This document shows, one piece after another, positions 39,300-48,916 of a stretch of 64,000 nucleotides of DNA. The stretch comes from Nitrososphaerales archaeon (GTDB lineage Archaea; Thermoproteota; Nitrososphaeria; Nitrososphaerales; Gagatemarchaeaceae). A program made the position numbers and the translations under genes. The first letter of the stretch is position 1, and every line of letters starts with the position of its first letter. Under the pieces are notes generated by a model. The model was not told where the DNA came from and searched no databases. It saw only the letters and a program-made list of their open reading frames with translations. The stretch lies in assembly GCA_035935095.1 (NCBI GenBank), contig DASYXJ010000075.1, positions 1-64,000 of the forward strand. The letters are read 5' to 3'.

Positions 39300-41327
39300 T
39301 CAGCTGGGCACGCTTACGGTGGACTCGCTCCCTGTCTTCTCCACCCTGAAGATCTGGTCTGCTAAGCTCTCCAGCTCCTTGTCGTGTGATACTATGATGA
39401 CCTGGGGGGAGCCGACTTCGTCCAGGACTTCCCTGACGTTTCCCAGCTGCTCCTTGCTGAACCCATCCGTTGGCTCGTCAAGTATCAGAAGGTTCGATTT
39501 CATGCCGACCGAAACCACCTGGGCCAAGATATTGAGCGAAAGGCGGTAGGCCAAGGCCATGCTCGTCCTTTCCCCACCGCTGAGATATCTCACGTCCTGC
39601 TCATACCCTCCTTCGGTCACGACGGGGGTGAAATCAGCATCGACGCTCACCTCCTTGTCCGGGTCGTTGACGAGCATCCCGAACCACCTCTTGAACAGCA
39701 AGTCAAAGTCCTGGTTGATGGTGGCTAGCACCGACTTCTCGATGGCCTTGAGCGTGGTCACAAAGTAATCTCTCAACCAGATCTCTTTTTCCTTTAGCTT
39801 CCTGCTCTTGTTCGACGCTTCCTCCTTCGCCATAATCTCGCTGGTGATTTGACTCCGTTGTTTCTTGACGGACTCGAGCCTCTCCTTCGCTCTGATTGTG
39901 TCCTCGCTTGCTTTCCTGAGAGCGTCTTCCGCCTGAGAAAGCCTCTTTTCCACAGTCCGCCTTATGTCAAACACTTCCTCCAGCTCCTCGAGCTCCTTCG
40001 CAAGCTGTTGCAGTTCGTTCCCAGCAAACGCTGAACGTTTTTCGAACTTCTTCCTTGACTTCTCTTTTCTCGCAACATCATTCTTCAACCTGGCGAGCTC
40101 TGACCTGAGCAATGCGAACTTTCTAATTCCTTCCCGATAGGCTTCCGCCTTCTCTCTCTTCTCCCTCAAGACACGAATTTCTGATTCAACCGACTCGAGT
40201 TCCTTGACTACGTGTTCACGTTCAGCCTCTTTCCTCGTCTTCCTTGCGTCGAAGTCATGCGCTTCTACGGGCCTATCGCAGACGGGGCACACCCTGCGCT
40301 TCATAATCGATTCGTAGTCCGCGAGCTTGGATTCGACGGCTCCCTTGAGGCCTGCCAACTTCCTCGCTTTTGATTCGAGGGAGCGTTCCATCCTCCTGAG
40401 CTCTGCGATGGGCTTTGACGTTGGAGGTTTCTCCCTCCGCGCCTCCTCAATGCTAGCCTTGACTTTGGCAAGCCTCTCCGTATAGTCGTCCACCTCTTCC
40501 TTCAAGTCGGCCGCGTCTCTTTCAGCTTCCAGCCTGACCCGCTCGTAGTTTTCTTTCTCTGACTTCGCCTTTTGAAGTGCCACCTCGGTTTTCTGGAATT
40601 TCTCCATCTCCTGTCTAAGCAGTCTTGCCTGTTCCTCGGCTTGCGAAGACGAAACTTCGAGCTGACCCAGCTCGGCCTTGCGGCTCTCTTCCTCCTGCTG
40701 CAGCCCACCGACTTGGCTCTTCAACTCGTCCATCCCCCTGGCAATCCCGTCCAGTTCTCTCGCATCTTCCCTGATCGCTCTGGTGGCGTCCTCAGCGTTG
40801 GTCGCGGCAGTCTTGTAGTCCTCCACCCTGAACGCCCGCCGAAGAATCTGGAGCCTCTGGTCGGGGACGAGGTTGAGTATGTACTTCATCTCCTCCTGGG
40901 GCGTGTAGACGGCATATCTGTAGATCCAGCTCAGGGCCTTGGGGTCGGGGGCCTCGTTGAACTCCAGGACCTCAAGCACTTTCTCCTTCAATTCACTCGG
41001 AGAAAGATCCAGCGTTTCCTCGGGCGTCTTCAGTTCGCCACCGGCCTGCTGGACCTTACCAGACTTCCTTTGCAGTCTCCTTCTTACTTCGTACTCAGAC
41101 CCGTCGACGTCGAAAACAAGCCTTACTTCCCCGTTGTCATGGCCGAGCTTGAGCACCGAGTTCCCAGAATCCGAACCCAGGCCGAAAAGTGCGAACTCGA
41201 TCGCCATAAGAACACTGGACTTGCCCGACCCTATGTCCCCCTCCAGTAGGGTCTTGCCTGCGGGGAACTTGATCAGTGAGTGTCCGTGACTCCTGACGTT
41301 CGTCATCTCGAGCTCCTTGATTATCAA
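39300..41327 (-). CDS. rad50: DNA double-strand break repair ATPase Rad50
   Basis: Walker A (GDIGSGKSSVLMAIEFALFG), long coiled coil with CPVC zinc hook, signature (LSGGERTSMALAYRLSL), Walker B (LILDEPTDGF). Confidence 0.9.
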   Translation of the reverse strand: MIIKELEMTNVRSHGHSLIKFPAGKTLLEGDIGSGKSSVLMAIEFALFGLGSDSGNSVLKLGHDNGEVRLVFDVDGSEYEVRRRLQRKSGKVQQAGGELKTPEETLDLSPSELKEKVLEVLEFNEAPDPKALSWIYRYAVYTPQEEMKYILNLVPDQRLQILRRAFRVEDYKTAATNAEDATRAIREDARELDGIARGMDELKSQVGGLQQEEESRKAELGQLEVSSSQAEEQARLLRQEMEKFQKTEVALQKAKSEKENYERVRLEAERDAADLKEEVDDYTERLAKVKASIEEARREKPPTSKPIAELRRMERSLESKARKLAGLKGAVESKLADYESIMKRRVCPVCDRPVEAHDFDARKTRKEAEREHVVKELESVESEIRVLREKREKAEAYREGIRKFALLRSELARLKNDVARKEKSRKKFEKRSAFAGNELQQLAKELEELEEVFDIRRTVEKRLSQAEDALRKASEDTIRAKERLESVKKQRSQITSEIMAKEEASNKSRKLKEKEIWLRDYFVTTLKAIEKSVLATINQDFDLLFKRWFGMLVNDPDKEVSVDADFTPVVTEGGYEQDVRYLSGGERTSMALAYRLSLNILAQVVSVGMKSNLLILDEPTDGFSKEQLGNVREVLDEVGSPQVIIVSHDKELESLADQIFRVEKTGSESTVSVPS

Positions 41328-42651
41328 GTCTTGTCCTCCCTCCCCAGAGCATTCGTGCCCTCCCTGACCATCCTTGTCGCATAGTCCCTCTTCGTCTCGC
41401 CGAGTTTCTGCGGTAGCCGCCAGAGCCCCAGAAGCTCCATCGCTCTCTCCGCCCCCTTTCGCCCGCGGAGATGGTCGGCCCCAGCGTTGAACTTGGCCGC
41501 CTCATCCTCGAAGAGCTTCCTTTCGATGAAGGCTGGTTCCTCGCCCGAAAAGACGGGGCCGGCCGTCTCCCTCGATTTCAGAGCATTCCTGTTCAGGTAA
41601 ACGTGAATCGCTCCTCGTTCGAAAAGGCTCGTCCTCATTCCTGCAAGCCCCACCTCCGACACGCTACCACCCGCCAGCTCGCCGTATACCTTGAGAACCA
41701 CGAGCTTCCCTGACACGTCTATTCCTTTCGCATCATCAGAAATCATCGACCCCGCCTCCGGCGCATTCCTCCCCGTCAGGTCGTATTCTCTGAAGACGCC
41801 TTCGAATGTATCCAGAGGGATGAAGTACTTCGCGTCGACGCGGGCGCCGAAATCGACCACGTAGAATCCTCGCCTCTCCCCCTTCGCAGTTGCCTCAAGG
41901 TCTCGCCCGTGGCCTGTGAACAGGGGTCCGGGAAAGACAATCTCGTCGAGCCCCGGGAGCCTAAACTCTCCCCTCTCGTGTATGTGTCCCCCCGCATAGT
42001 AGTCGAACCCTCTGGGGAGCAACGCGCTGTCCACCGTCTCCATATCGCCTAGGCTCCTGGGCATCAGCTCGGTGAGCCCGCTGTGGAAGGCGAAAATCTT
42101 GAACCCCTCTTCCTTCTCGAGCGACTTCTATCGAGGACGTCGAAATAGTGGCTCTCGAGCCCTATCTTCCGGGCCGATATGCCAGTTATCTTCGCTCCTG
42201 TCTTCTCATCAACGGTGAATCCGAGCCTGAGACTTTCGCCTTCGAAACTCGGCTTGAACACGTTGGTGAGCACGCCGGCAGTGTTCAGGATGTCTATGAC
42301 CGAGGTCCCGTTCGGCGTGTAGTCATGGCTTCCATAGATGGCATAGATAGGAATCCCGGCTTTCTGGACCTCCATCATGCTCTTGAGGGCAGAATTGACT
42401 ATTCCAAGGTCGGGGATTCCGACGTGGAACAGGTCCCCGCATACGAGGATGAAGTCCACGCTGAACTCCACGCACTTTCGCATGGCCAATTCGAACGTCT
42501 GCAACTCCAATTTCTGCAGGGCCGGTTCCCTATGGGCCCCGAGGTGTACATCTGCTAGGTGGGCGAATCTGGGCAACATCTCCGTCCACATTTGCGTCAG
42601 TTTAAGCATGCTTCGGCCGACATGACGCGACAGCGATTTGTCAGAAATCAT
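41324..42651 (-). CDS. mre11: DNA repair nuclease Mre11, interrupted by an apparent frameshift near 42064-42110 (ORFs 42064..42651 and 41324..42064)
   Basis: N-terminal ORF carries phosphoesterase motifs I-III (FAHLADVHLG, VCGDLFH, GSHD). The ORF starting at 42064 carries GGHIHE. Continuous reading requires a 1-nt frame change. Confidence 0.75.
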
Positions 42652-43088
42652 CTTCGTGGAAGCTTTGCAAGTCCCCGAGGGAGGGGTTTCCCCCTCCGCC
42701 GAGGATTCCGACGTGTGCCGGCCATAGTCCTCCTTCTGTTTTAGGCGGGATTCAGCTCAGCGGCCTACCCTGGTCTCCTGCAGGCGTTTCATCGACCACG
42801 TTTGGCCTTGCTCCGCACGGGTCAGCCGTTTCATCCCGGTCCCCACCGACCTCAAGGTCGCCCCATCATCGCATGATGGGCCGGGTCTCGTTTCTGTTCT
42901 GGAGCCGACCCTCTCGGGTCGCGTCTCTTGACGCCGTGCGTCCTGCTGCGAGGGAGGAACTTCCCCAGGAGATCCCCGTGGCCCGTCCACCGGCTCGCGT
43001 CGCACCCATGTGCCAGCGTTGACCAATTAACCGTTTCCTGATCCCGAAAGATAGAGTGCCTGACTAACCACTAGATCGACGGGAAGCT

Positions 43089-43625
43089 TCAGTTCGCCCG
43101 TTGGAAAGGGCCAACCTCGAAGACCTGAGGGAAGTACTCTCTCTCCGCCTTGAGCACTTTCCCCTCGGTCCTGGCGCGGCGATACTCCTCCAGCGGCTCT
43201 TCATTGAGTGTCAAAAAATTCGGACCCCATTTGTAAATCGAGAGATATCTCGTCGCTTCCTCGACCTCGCCCAGAATGTACATCGTGGCAGCAACTGCTT
43301 CCAGAGAGCTTAGCATCCCCGCCCTCGAGTAATTGGTCGGGTTCGCCGCCAGCAGGGTTGGGAGTCTCCTGTGTTTTCCGCCAAGCTTTCTGAAGAAGAC
43401 TTCCTGTGCCTGGTTCCATGAACAGTCTATTGCTAATACTGCCTTAGCCACTCTTTTGTCTGGAGGAGAAAGGACCCTGTGGGCCCAGGGGTTCAGGACG
43501 ATTATCTTGTCTGACGCGTGGAACTTCCTTCCGACGCCCCTGGCAAGGTCCATGTGGATCATCTTCCTCGCGGTGCATTTGGTCGGGTCATCTTGGCCCA
43601 TCTCGAGGGCGAAAACGCCTATCAT
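43089..43625 (-). CDS. tsr3: 16S/18S rRNA aminocarboxypropyltransferase Tsr3
   Basis: DDPTKCTARKM...AIDCSWNQ...HRRLPTLLAANPTNYSRAGMLSSLEAVAATMYILGEVEEA closely parallels archaeal Tsr3. Confidence 0.85.
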   Translation of the reverse strand: MIGVFALEMGQDDPTKCTARKMIHMDLARGVGRKFHASDKIIVLNPWAHRVLSPPDKRVAKAVLAIDCSWNQAQEVFFRKLGGKHRRLPTLLAANPTNYSRAGMLSSLEAVAATMYILGEVEEATRYLSIYKWGPNFLTLNEEPLEEYRRARTEGKVLKAEREYFPQVFEVGPFQRAN

Positions 43626-43663
43626 GAATCCTTAGCTCCTTTGCCGAGGCCATTTTGGCTCCC

Positions 43664-44353
43664 TTATCTACTGTCGGTTGTCTCTACTCGTCCTAGGCCC
43701 TTTACTCCGACGTAGCCCCGGCCTCCTCCTAGGACTTGCCTGATTGTTTCTCTGGCATACTGGGGATACTCTTTGACAAGGTCGCGCAAACGTTTGCCAT
43801 ATTCAAAATGACCCCTGCGTATGTCCTCGTAATCCTCCGGAGTCACCTTTGCTCTGAATTTACCGAAGGCATCTCTCAACTTGTCCTTTCGTCTTTCCTT
43901 CATGATTCTGTCACCCTCAGTCCGAGTGAATGGAACATTGATTGGAACCTTACGAGGCCTCCGCTCGCGACGTTCTGCTTCGACCTCTTCTTGGAAAACC
44001 GCAATTAGCCTGTTTCCGGTAATCTTGCCGTCATAATAGTCAAGGGCGGACCTTGCTTCATTTGCGTTCTTGCATAGGAATGGTAGCATCAATCTGAGCG
44101 CCTTCTTCACAGAATGGAATTCGCTAACGACCACGATGTTCGCTGTTCCCTTGGAGGTCTTCAGAATGTTGCTAGTCCTGATTCCATTATGATTGAGGAA
44201 GTCTCTGATGTTGGAAATCTGATAAAGTGACTGGTCAGTAAATATAAGCGACAGACTGAGTGTGTATGGCTGGTTTGAAATATCGGAAGTTGCGATTGAG
44301 CCGTCTCCGTCAAAGTAGCCGGCCACCTGACGCCGTGATGTGTACTGAGGCAC
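43664..44353 (-). CDS. free-standing single-motif LAGLIDADG homing endonuclease (I-CreI-like)
   Basis: VAGYFDGDGSI near the N-terminus. Downstream YTLSLSLIFTDQ and LRLMLPFL segments parallel I-CreI (HQLSLTFQVTQK, LTQLQPFL). Basic C-terminal extension. Confidence 0.8.
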   Translation of the reverse strand: MPQYTSRRQVAGYFDGDGSIATSDISNQPYTLSLSLIFTDQSLYQISNIRDFLNHNGIRTSNILKTSKGTANIVVVSEFHSVKKALRLMLPFLCKNANEARSALDYYDGKITGNRLIAVFQEEVEAERRERRPRKVPINVPFTRTEGDRIMKERRKDKLRDAFGKFRAKVTPEDYEDIRRGHFEYGKRLRDLVKEYPQYARETIRQVLGGGRGYVGVKGLGRVETTDSR

Positions 44354-44458
44354 AAGAGTATGATCGCTTGGATAATATAACCAGCAAGGGTTATTACTCC
44401 AACCTACTACTGCATCGCGGAGAGGTGGTGAGTTCGGCTATGCCGATGGCATTTCGTT

Positions 44459-44674
44459 TTGGTCAATGCTGACCTTGGAGCTGAAGAGGACCTCCTGAAG
44501 AAGCTCAGGGAGATTCAAAACGTCAAGGACGTCTATGTCGTCTACGGTGTCTATGACATCGTCGCCAGGGTAGAGGCCGACACCATGGAGAAGGTCAAGG
44601 AGACCATCACCTGGAACATACGCCGTCTCGACAAGGTGAGGAGCACCCTCACCATGATCGTCGTCGAAGCGTAG
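44459..44674 (+). CDS. stand-alone AsnC/Lrp-type RAM (ligand-binding) domain protein
   Basis: 71-aa beta-alpha-beta-beta-alpha-beta pattern (KDVYVVYGVYDIVARVEADTMEKV). Confidence 0.5.
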   Translation: MVNADLGAEEDLLKKLREIQNVKDVYVVYGVYDIVARVEADTMEKVKETITWNIRRLDKVRSTLTMIVVEA

Positions 44675-44721
44675 CCGGGCGTTTCCTCCCACGTTAAAAT
44701 AAGTCAGGGGCAGGAGACGAT

Positions 44722-45933
44722 ATGATGCACTGTCTCGTAGCCATCGACGACACAGATTCTTCCCGTGGGTGCTGTACGACCTACCTGGCGTACCGCATCG
44801 CGACAGACCTGCGCCCCGACGTCAGTGTAATTGCATACCCCAGGTTGGTGAGGCTAAACCCGAACATCCCGTTCAAGACCCGAGGCAATGCGGCCGTCTG
44901 CCTTCACATTGAGGCCTCGGATCCTGAGGTTGCATTCGAAAAGCTCGCAGCCAAGATAACAGAACTGTCCGATGTCGGCGGTGGGGCCAACTCAGGCATG
45001 GTCTTCGTCGAAGACTCCTCCAGGGCGAATAAGTTCGAGCCACTGTATCTCGAAGCTCTGACAGGGATAGTGAGCCCGCACAAGGTTAGACGATTCCTGC
45101 GAGAGCTGGGGACGAGAACGTTGGAGCTGGGAAACGGGATGGGGTTGGTCGGTGCGGCCAGTGCGCTGGGATTTGACGAGCGCTTCGACCACACGTACGA
45201 GTTGATCGCCTACCGAAAGAAGGAATTCTGGGGCACGCAGCGCGTCATTGACTCGTCCTCCGTGAGGGACATGGACTCCAAGATGTTCCCTCACACTTTC
45301 AACAACTATGATTACCAAAAACGGAAGGTACTGATCGCTCCACATGGGCCCGACCCAGTCTTCGCGGGCGTTCGAGGAGATTCACCAAATGCGGTGATCA
45401 AGGCATTCAACATCCTCGTTTACGACGAGACCATCGACGGCCGGATGGTCTACATCTCTAACCAGCACACGGACGCTCACCTGAAACGAGAGCTGAACTG
45501 GAAGGTCTACTCGTCTGGGTGGGTCGAGGGAACTGTGACCGAAGTCCGCGTGGGAGCCGGAGGCCACGTGTACCTTACCATCGATGCCGACGGACGCAAG
45601 CGCTTCGCCGCAGCCTACGAGCCGACCGGAGACCTGCGGAGGACAGCTCGGCTCCTAAAGTCCGGAGACAAAGTCAAGGCCTACGGCGGGGTTCGCAGAG
45701 CCACTTCCCTACACCCGAAGATGCTCAATCTGGAGAAGTTCGAGGTCATTTCATCGGCCAGAAGAGGGACCTCTATCCCCAAAGGGACATACATCTCGTC
45801 GCCTCGGGCAAACAGGCACTTGACGAAACCATTGATCAGATACGGCCTTGAGAACCACGAGAAGGAACAGGCCGTCGACGACTGGTTAGATTCAGCACCT
45901 AGATTGCCGACAGTGCCTGCGAGAAGTCGCTGA
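44722..45933 (+). CDS. tiaS: tRNA(Ile2) 2-agmatinylcytidine synthetase TiaS
   Basis: IDDTDSSRGCCTTYLA, YPRLVRLNPNIPFKTRGNAAV, ELIAYR, NQHTDAHL, GGHVY, LNLEKFEVI, RHLTKPLIR all parallel characterised TiaS. No C-terminal zinc ribbon. Confidence 0.9.
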   Translation: MMHCLVAIDDTDSSRGCCTTYLAYRIATDLRPDVSVIAYPRLVRLNPNIPFKTRGNAAVCLHIEASDPEVAFEKLAAKITELSDVGGGANSGMVFVEDSSRANKFEPLYLEALTGIVSPHKVRRFLRELGTRTLELGNGMGLVGAASALGFDERFDHTYELIAYRKKEFWGTQRVIDSSSVRDMDSKMFPHTFNNYDYQKRKVLIAPHGPDPVFAGVRGDSPNAVIKAFNILVYDETIDGRMVYISNQHTDAHLKRELNWKVYSSGWVEGTVTEVRVGAGGHVYLTIDADGRKRFAAAYEPTGDLRRTARLLKSGDKVKAYGGVRRATSLHPKMLNLEKFEVISSARRGTSIPKGTYISSPRANRHLTKPLIRYGLENHEKEQAVDDWLDSAPRLPTVPARSR

Positions 45934-47065
45934 CCAAGTCCTCGACATCCTCTATCCCGATTGAAACCCTTACCAGGGTATCGGGAATCCCGGTCTTCTC
46001 CCTAGCCTTCGCAGACATCTGGGTGTGAGTCATGTTGTATGGCTGCGAGACGAGGGTCCCGATTCCGCCAAGACTCGCTGCGAGGCTCGCAATCTTCAAC
46101 GACTCGGTGAACTTCATCGCGTCCTTTGTGGACCCTTTGATTTCGATGCTCATCATCCCCCCGAAACCCCTCATCTGTTTCTTAGCCAGTGCGTGTTGTG
46201 GGTGAGTTTTCAGTCCGGGATAGTGCACCTGCGAGACTTTCCTGTGTTTGGAGAGGAACTCGGCAATGGCCATAGCGTTCGAGTTCTGCTGCCTGACCCT
46301 TATTGCCATGGTCTTCATTCCCCTGAGCACGAGCCAGGCGGGGAGAGGGTCGAGAGTTCCGCCGAAGTCTCTCCTCATCATCTTGATTGCATGCGCCTTC
46401 TTCTTGTTGGTCACCGCGGCACCGGCTATTAGGTCTGAGTGCCCGTTGAGGTATTTTGTAGCACTGTGAAGCACTACGTCGGCCCCAAGCTCTAGCGGGT
46501 TCTGATTGATGGGAGAAGCGAACGTGTTGTCCACCATCAAGATTGCGCCTCCCTGGTGGGCGAGCTTTGCCACCTTCGCTAGGTCGACGAGCTTCAGAGT
46601 GGGGTTGGTCGGCGACTCCACATAGACGATTCGCGTGTTCTTCCTGATTCCTCTTTCCATCGCCCCGAGGTCGGTCGTCTCCACGAGGTTTGTTGCAAAT
46701 CCCAAGTCCGGCAGAATATCGTGAATGAGGGAGTAGGCTCCCCCATAGAGGTCGCGGATGCCCAGGACGAGCATACCTTTCTTGAGGAACGAGAAGACCG
46801 AAGTCGAAATCGCAGCCATCCCCGACGAAAACGCGGCTGCATCCCCTCCATGCTCCAAGGCAGCGAGCTTCCTCTCTAGGGTGACGACCGTGGGGTTGTC
46901 CCATCTCGAATAGACATACCCCTGCTTCCCAGAGACCGCCACGGGAACCTCTTCTGCCTTGGTAAACCCAAAGGTCGCTGTTTCATAGATTGGCGTGTTG
47001 ATGGAGCCGGTCGCTTCGTCAAAGGGTTCTGCTTCGTGGACCGACCTGGTAGAATCCCCTGCCAA
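45899..47065 (-). CDS. PLP-dependent Cys/Met metabolism enzyme (cystathionine gamma-synthase/lyase or O-acetylhomoserine sulfhydrylase family)
   Basis: Fold-type I pattern with the Lys in SATKYLNGHSDLIAGA. ~388 aa. Confidence 0.85.
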   Translation of the reverse strand: MAGDSTRSVHEAEPFDEATGSINTPIYETATFGFTKAEEVPVAVSGKQGYVYSRWDNPTVVTLERKLAALEHGGDAAAFSSGMAAISTSVFSFLKKGMLVLGIRDLYGGAYSLIHDILPDLGFATNLVETTDLGAMERGIRKNTRIVYVESPTNPTLKLVDLAKVAKLAHQGGAILMVDNTFASPINQNPLELGADVVLHSATKYLNGHSDLIAGAAVTNKKKAHAIKMMRRDFGGTLDPLPAWLVLRGMKTMAIRVRQQNSNAMAIAEFLSKHRKVSQVHYPGLKTHPQHALAKKQMRGFGGMMSIEIKGSTKDAMKFTESLKIASLAASLGGIGTLVSQPYNMTHTQMSAKAREKTGIPDTLVRVSIGIEDVEDLVSDFSQALSAI

Positions 47066-47137
47066 CAGAAGTCGACTCCATGGCTGACCGTAATAAATAG
47101 CGAATACGACGCCTCAGACGGCATTATGTCGAGGCTC

Positions 47138-47944
47138 TCATGGTATCGCACGGATATCGTATGTTTGAATAACTTCTGAAGAGTCTGAATAGACGACGAC
47201 CACATAGACTTTGAATGCTCCCCCGACCATGACGGGCCGCTGTTGAGTGCTTCCATTGAAAGTTTGACCGAGATCAAGAGGTTGAGCGTGGGCGGTTTGC
47301 TGGACATAGCCTCCTGCACAAAGAAACGGGAAGAATGCTAGAAGCGACGTGCCGTTCCATAGCTCCGCATAAATGAACTGGATGGACTTCGCATCCGCAT
47401 TTGAAACCGTGAGACTCCAATCGGAGAAGTTTCTCTGAAATTCGTTGTTGTAAACTGCGGCCCTCAGCGTGCTGGAGGCCGAGAACTGCCCGGAAAACTG
47501 TGTTTGAGTTGAGTTGCTGAAGGTCAAGGGATAGTCGGACGAGGATATCCCAGATGAGTTCATTATGATTATCGAAACCTGGTAGGTGAAAGTTTTCAAA
47601 AATGGAATACTCATGCATGTGTTGACGGTGTTCTCCTGACCGGGTTGCAATCTTGATGAGTTCCCATAGGCAATGTTGTCGTTCGTGCGGATCAAGTAAT
47701 TGACATAGGCTGTGGCGTTTCCCGAATTCCTCATCCGCAATTCCCAGATTCCAATCGAATAATTGAAGCCAGGAAGTTTGATTAGGACAATTCTGTTCGA
47801 TTCAACTGCGAATCCGTGCCTCCCGGTTCTTCCAGCCTGAGGGAGATAATAGACAAGATAGGTCCCTACCGCTGCACCAATAATCACGATCACCAGCGAG
47901 ACCGCGATAACTTTGGTTCTGTGGCGTGGGGCTGCTTCGCTCAT
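47138..47944 (-). CDS. N-terminally anchored extracellular protein, many N-glycosylation sequons
   Basis: TM anchor then an Asn/Ser/Thr-rich beta region. AT-richer than neighbours. Confidence 0.45.
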   Translation of the reverse strand: MSEAAPRHRTKVIAVSLVIVIIGAAVGTYLVYYLPQAGRTGRHGFAVESNRIVLIKLPGFNYSIGIWELRMRNSGNATAYVNYLIRTNDNIAYGNSSRLQPGQENTVNTCMSIPFLKTFTYQVSIIIMNSSGISSSDYPLTFSNSTQTQFSGQFSASSTLRAAVYNNEFQRNFSDWSLTVSNADAKSIQFIYAELWNGTSLLAFFPFLCAGGYVQQTAHAQPLDLGQTFNGSTQQRPVMVGGAFKVYVVVVYSDSSEVIQTYDIRAIP

Positions 47945-48016
47945 CGACTTGGTTTGCCTGTCAAGCAGTGTATGAGTCTATCGTATCTTGATAAGCAACC
48001 CGGGAGATTACGCACC

Positions 48017-48883
48017 ATGAATCCCTGGGGGCTCATCGGGGTTCCGCTCTACACCCTTGCGGGCTACAGGGGGATGGGTGATGCCCCCGAGGCCCTTCGT
48101 AAGGCTGGGCTGGCCCAAGAGCTTGATGGGACAATCGACATGGGCGACATCGAACTGCCCTCCATTAAGAAGGACGTGACAGAAGAGAAGGTCAAGAACC
48201 TCTCGAACTTCAGGGATGCAACCTCGAGAATCTATAACGCGGCGAAATCAATCCAGGGGGAACAGGTCTTCGTCCTGGGGGGCGAGTGTTCGGTCATCGT
48301 CGGCGTTCTTGCAGGGCTTTCAGAAGTCTTCAGCGGAAAGCCTGGTATGCTGTGGATGGATGCCCACGGCGACTTCAACACTCCTGAGACCTCGCCATCC
48401 GGCTACATTGGGGGCATGTGCCTGGCAATAGCCTGTGGGCGAAGTCCTGGACTTGGCCTCGAAACGGGCGGCCGTGGATATTCACTTGGCGAGGAGCGGC
48501 TTGTCCACGTCGGCTCCAGGGCACTCGACCCTCCGGAGGTCGCTGCTTTGAGCGCGTCCCCGGCCAAACTCTACACGGCCCAGCAGGTCAAAAAGACTGG
48601 AGTCGCGGACGTCGCGGAAGAAGCAGCCAGGCATCTTGAAAATAGGTCGGATTGGATTGTTTGTCACCTTGACGTGGACGTCACTGATCCAGAACTCATC
48701 CCTTCAGTGAATTATCCGACAACCGGAGGACTAACCATACAAGAGACGACGAAGATTGTGAGGAGGCTGCTGGAGACTGAAAAAATGAGAGTCCTGGAGC
48801 TGGCAGCTTACAATGCAGCCAAGGACAGGCGCGGTTCATCCGCGAAAACGATTGTCAATCTAGTGAGAGCGGTCTTCAGGTGA
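48017..48883 (+). CDS. arginase/agmatinase/formiminoglutamase family ureohydrolase
   Basis: Mn-binding motifs (GGECS, DAHGDF, HLDVDVTDP). The in-frame ATG at 48017 avoids overlap with the upstream convergent gene. Confidence 0.8.
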   Translation: MNPWGLIGVPLYTLAGYRGMGDAPEALRKAGLAQELDGTIDMGDIELPSIKKDVTEEKVKNLSNFRDATSRIYNAAKSIQGEQVFVLGGECSVIVGVLAGLSEVFSGKPGMLWMDAHGDFNTPETSPSGYIGGMCLAIACGRSPGLGLETGGRGYSLGEERLVHVGSRALDPPEVAALSASPAKLYTAQQVKKTGVADVAEEAARHLENRSDWIVCHLDVDVTDPELIPSVNYPTTGGLTIQETTKIVRRLLETEKMRVLELAAYNAAKDRRGSSAKTIVNLVRAVFR

Positions 48884-48916
48884 TTGCTGTCAAGGTAGTT
48901 CAGAGCCAATTAGAAA

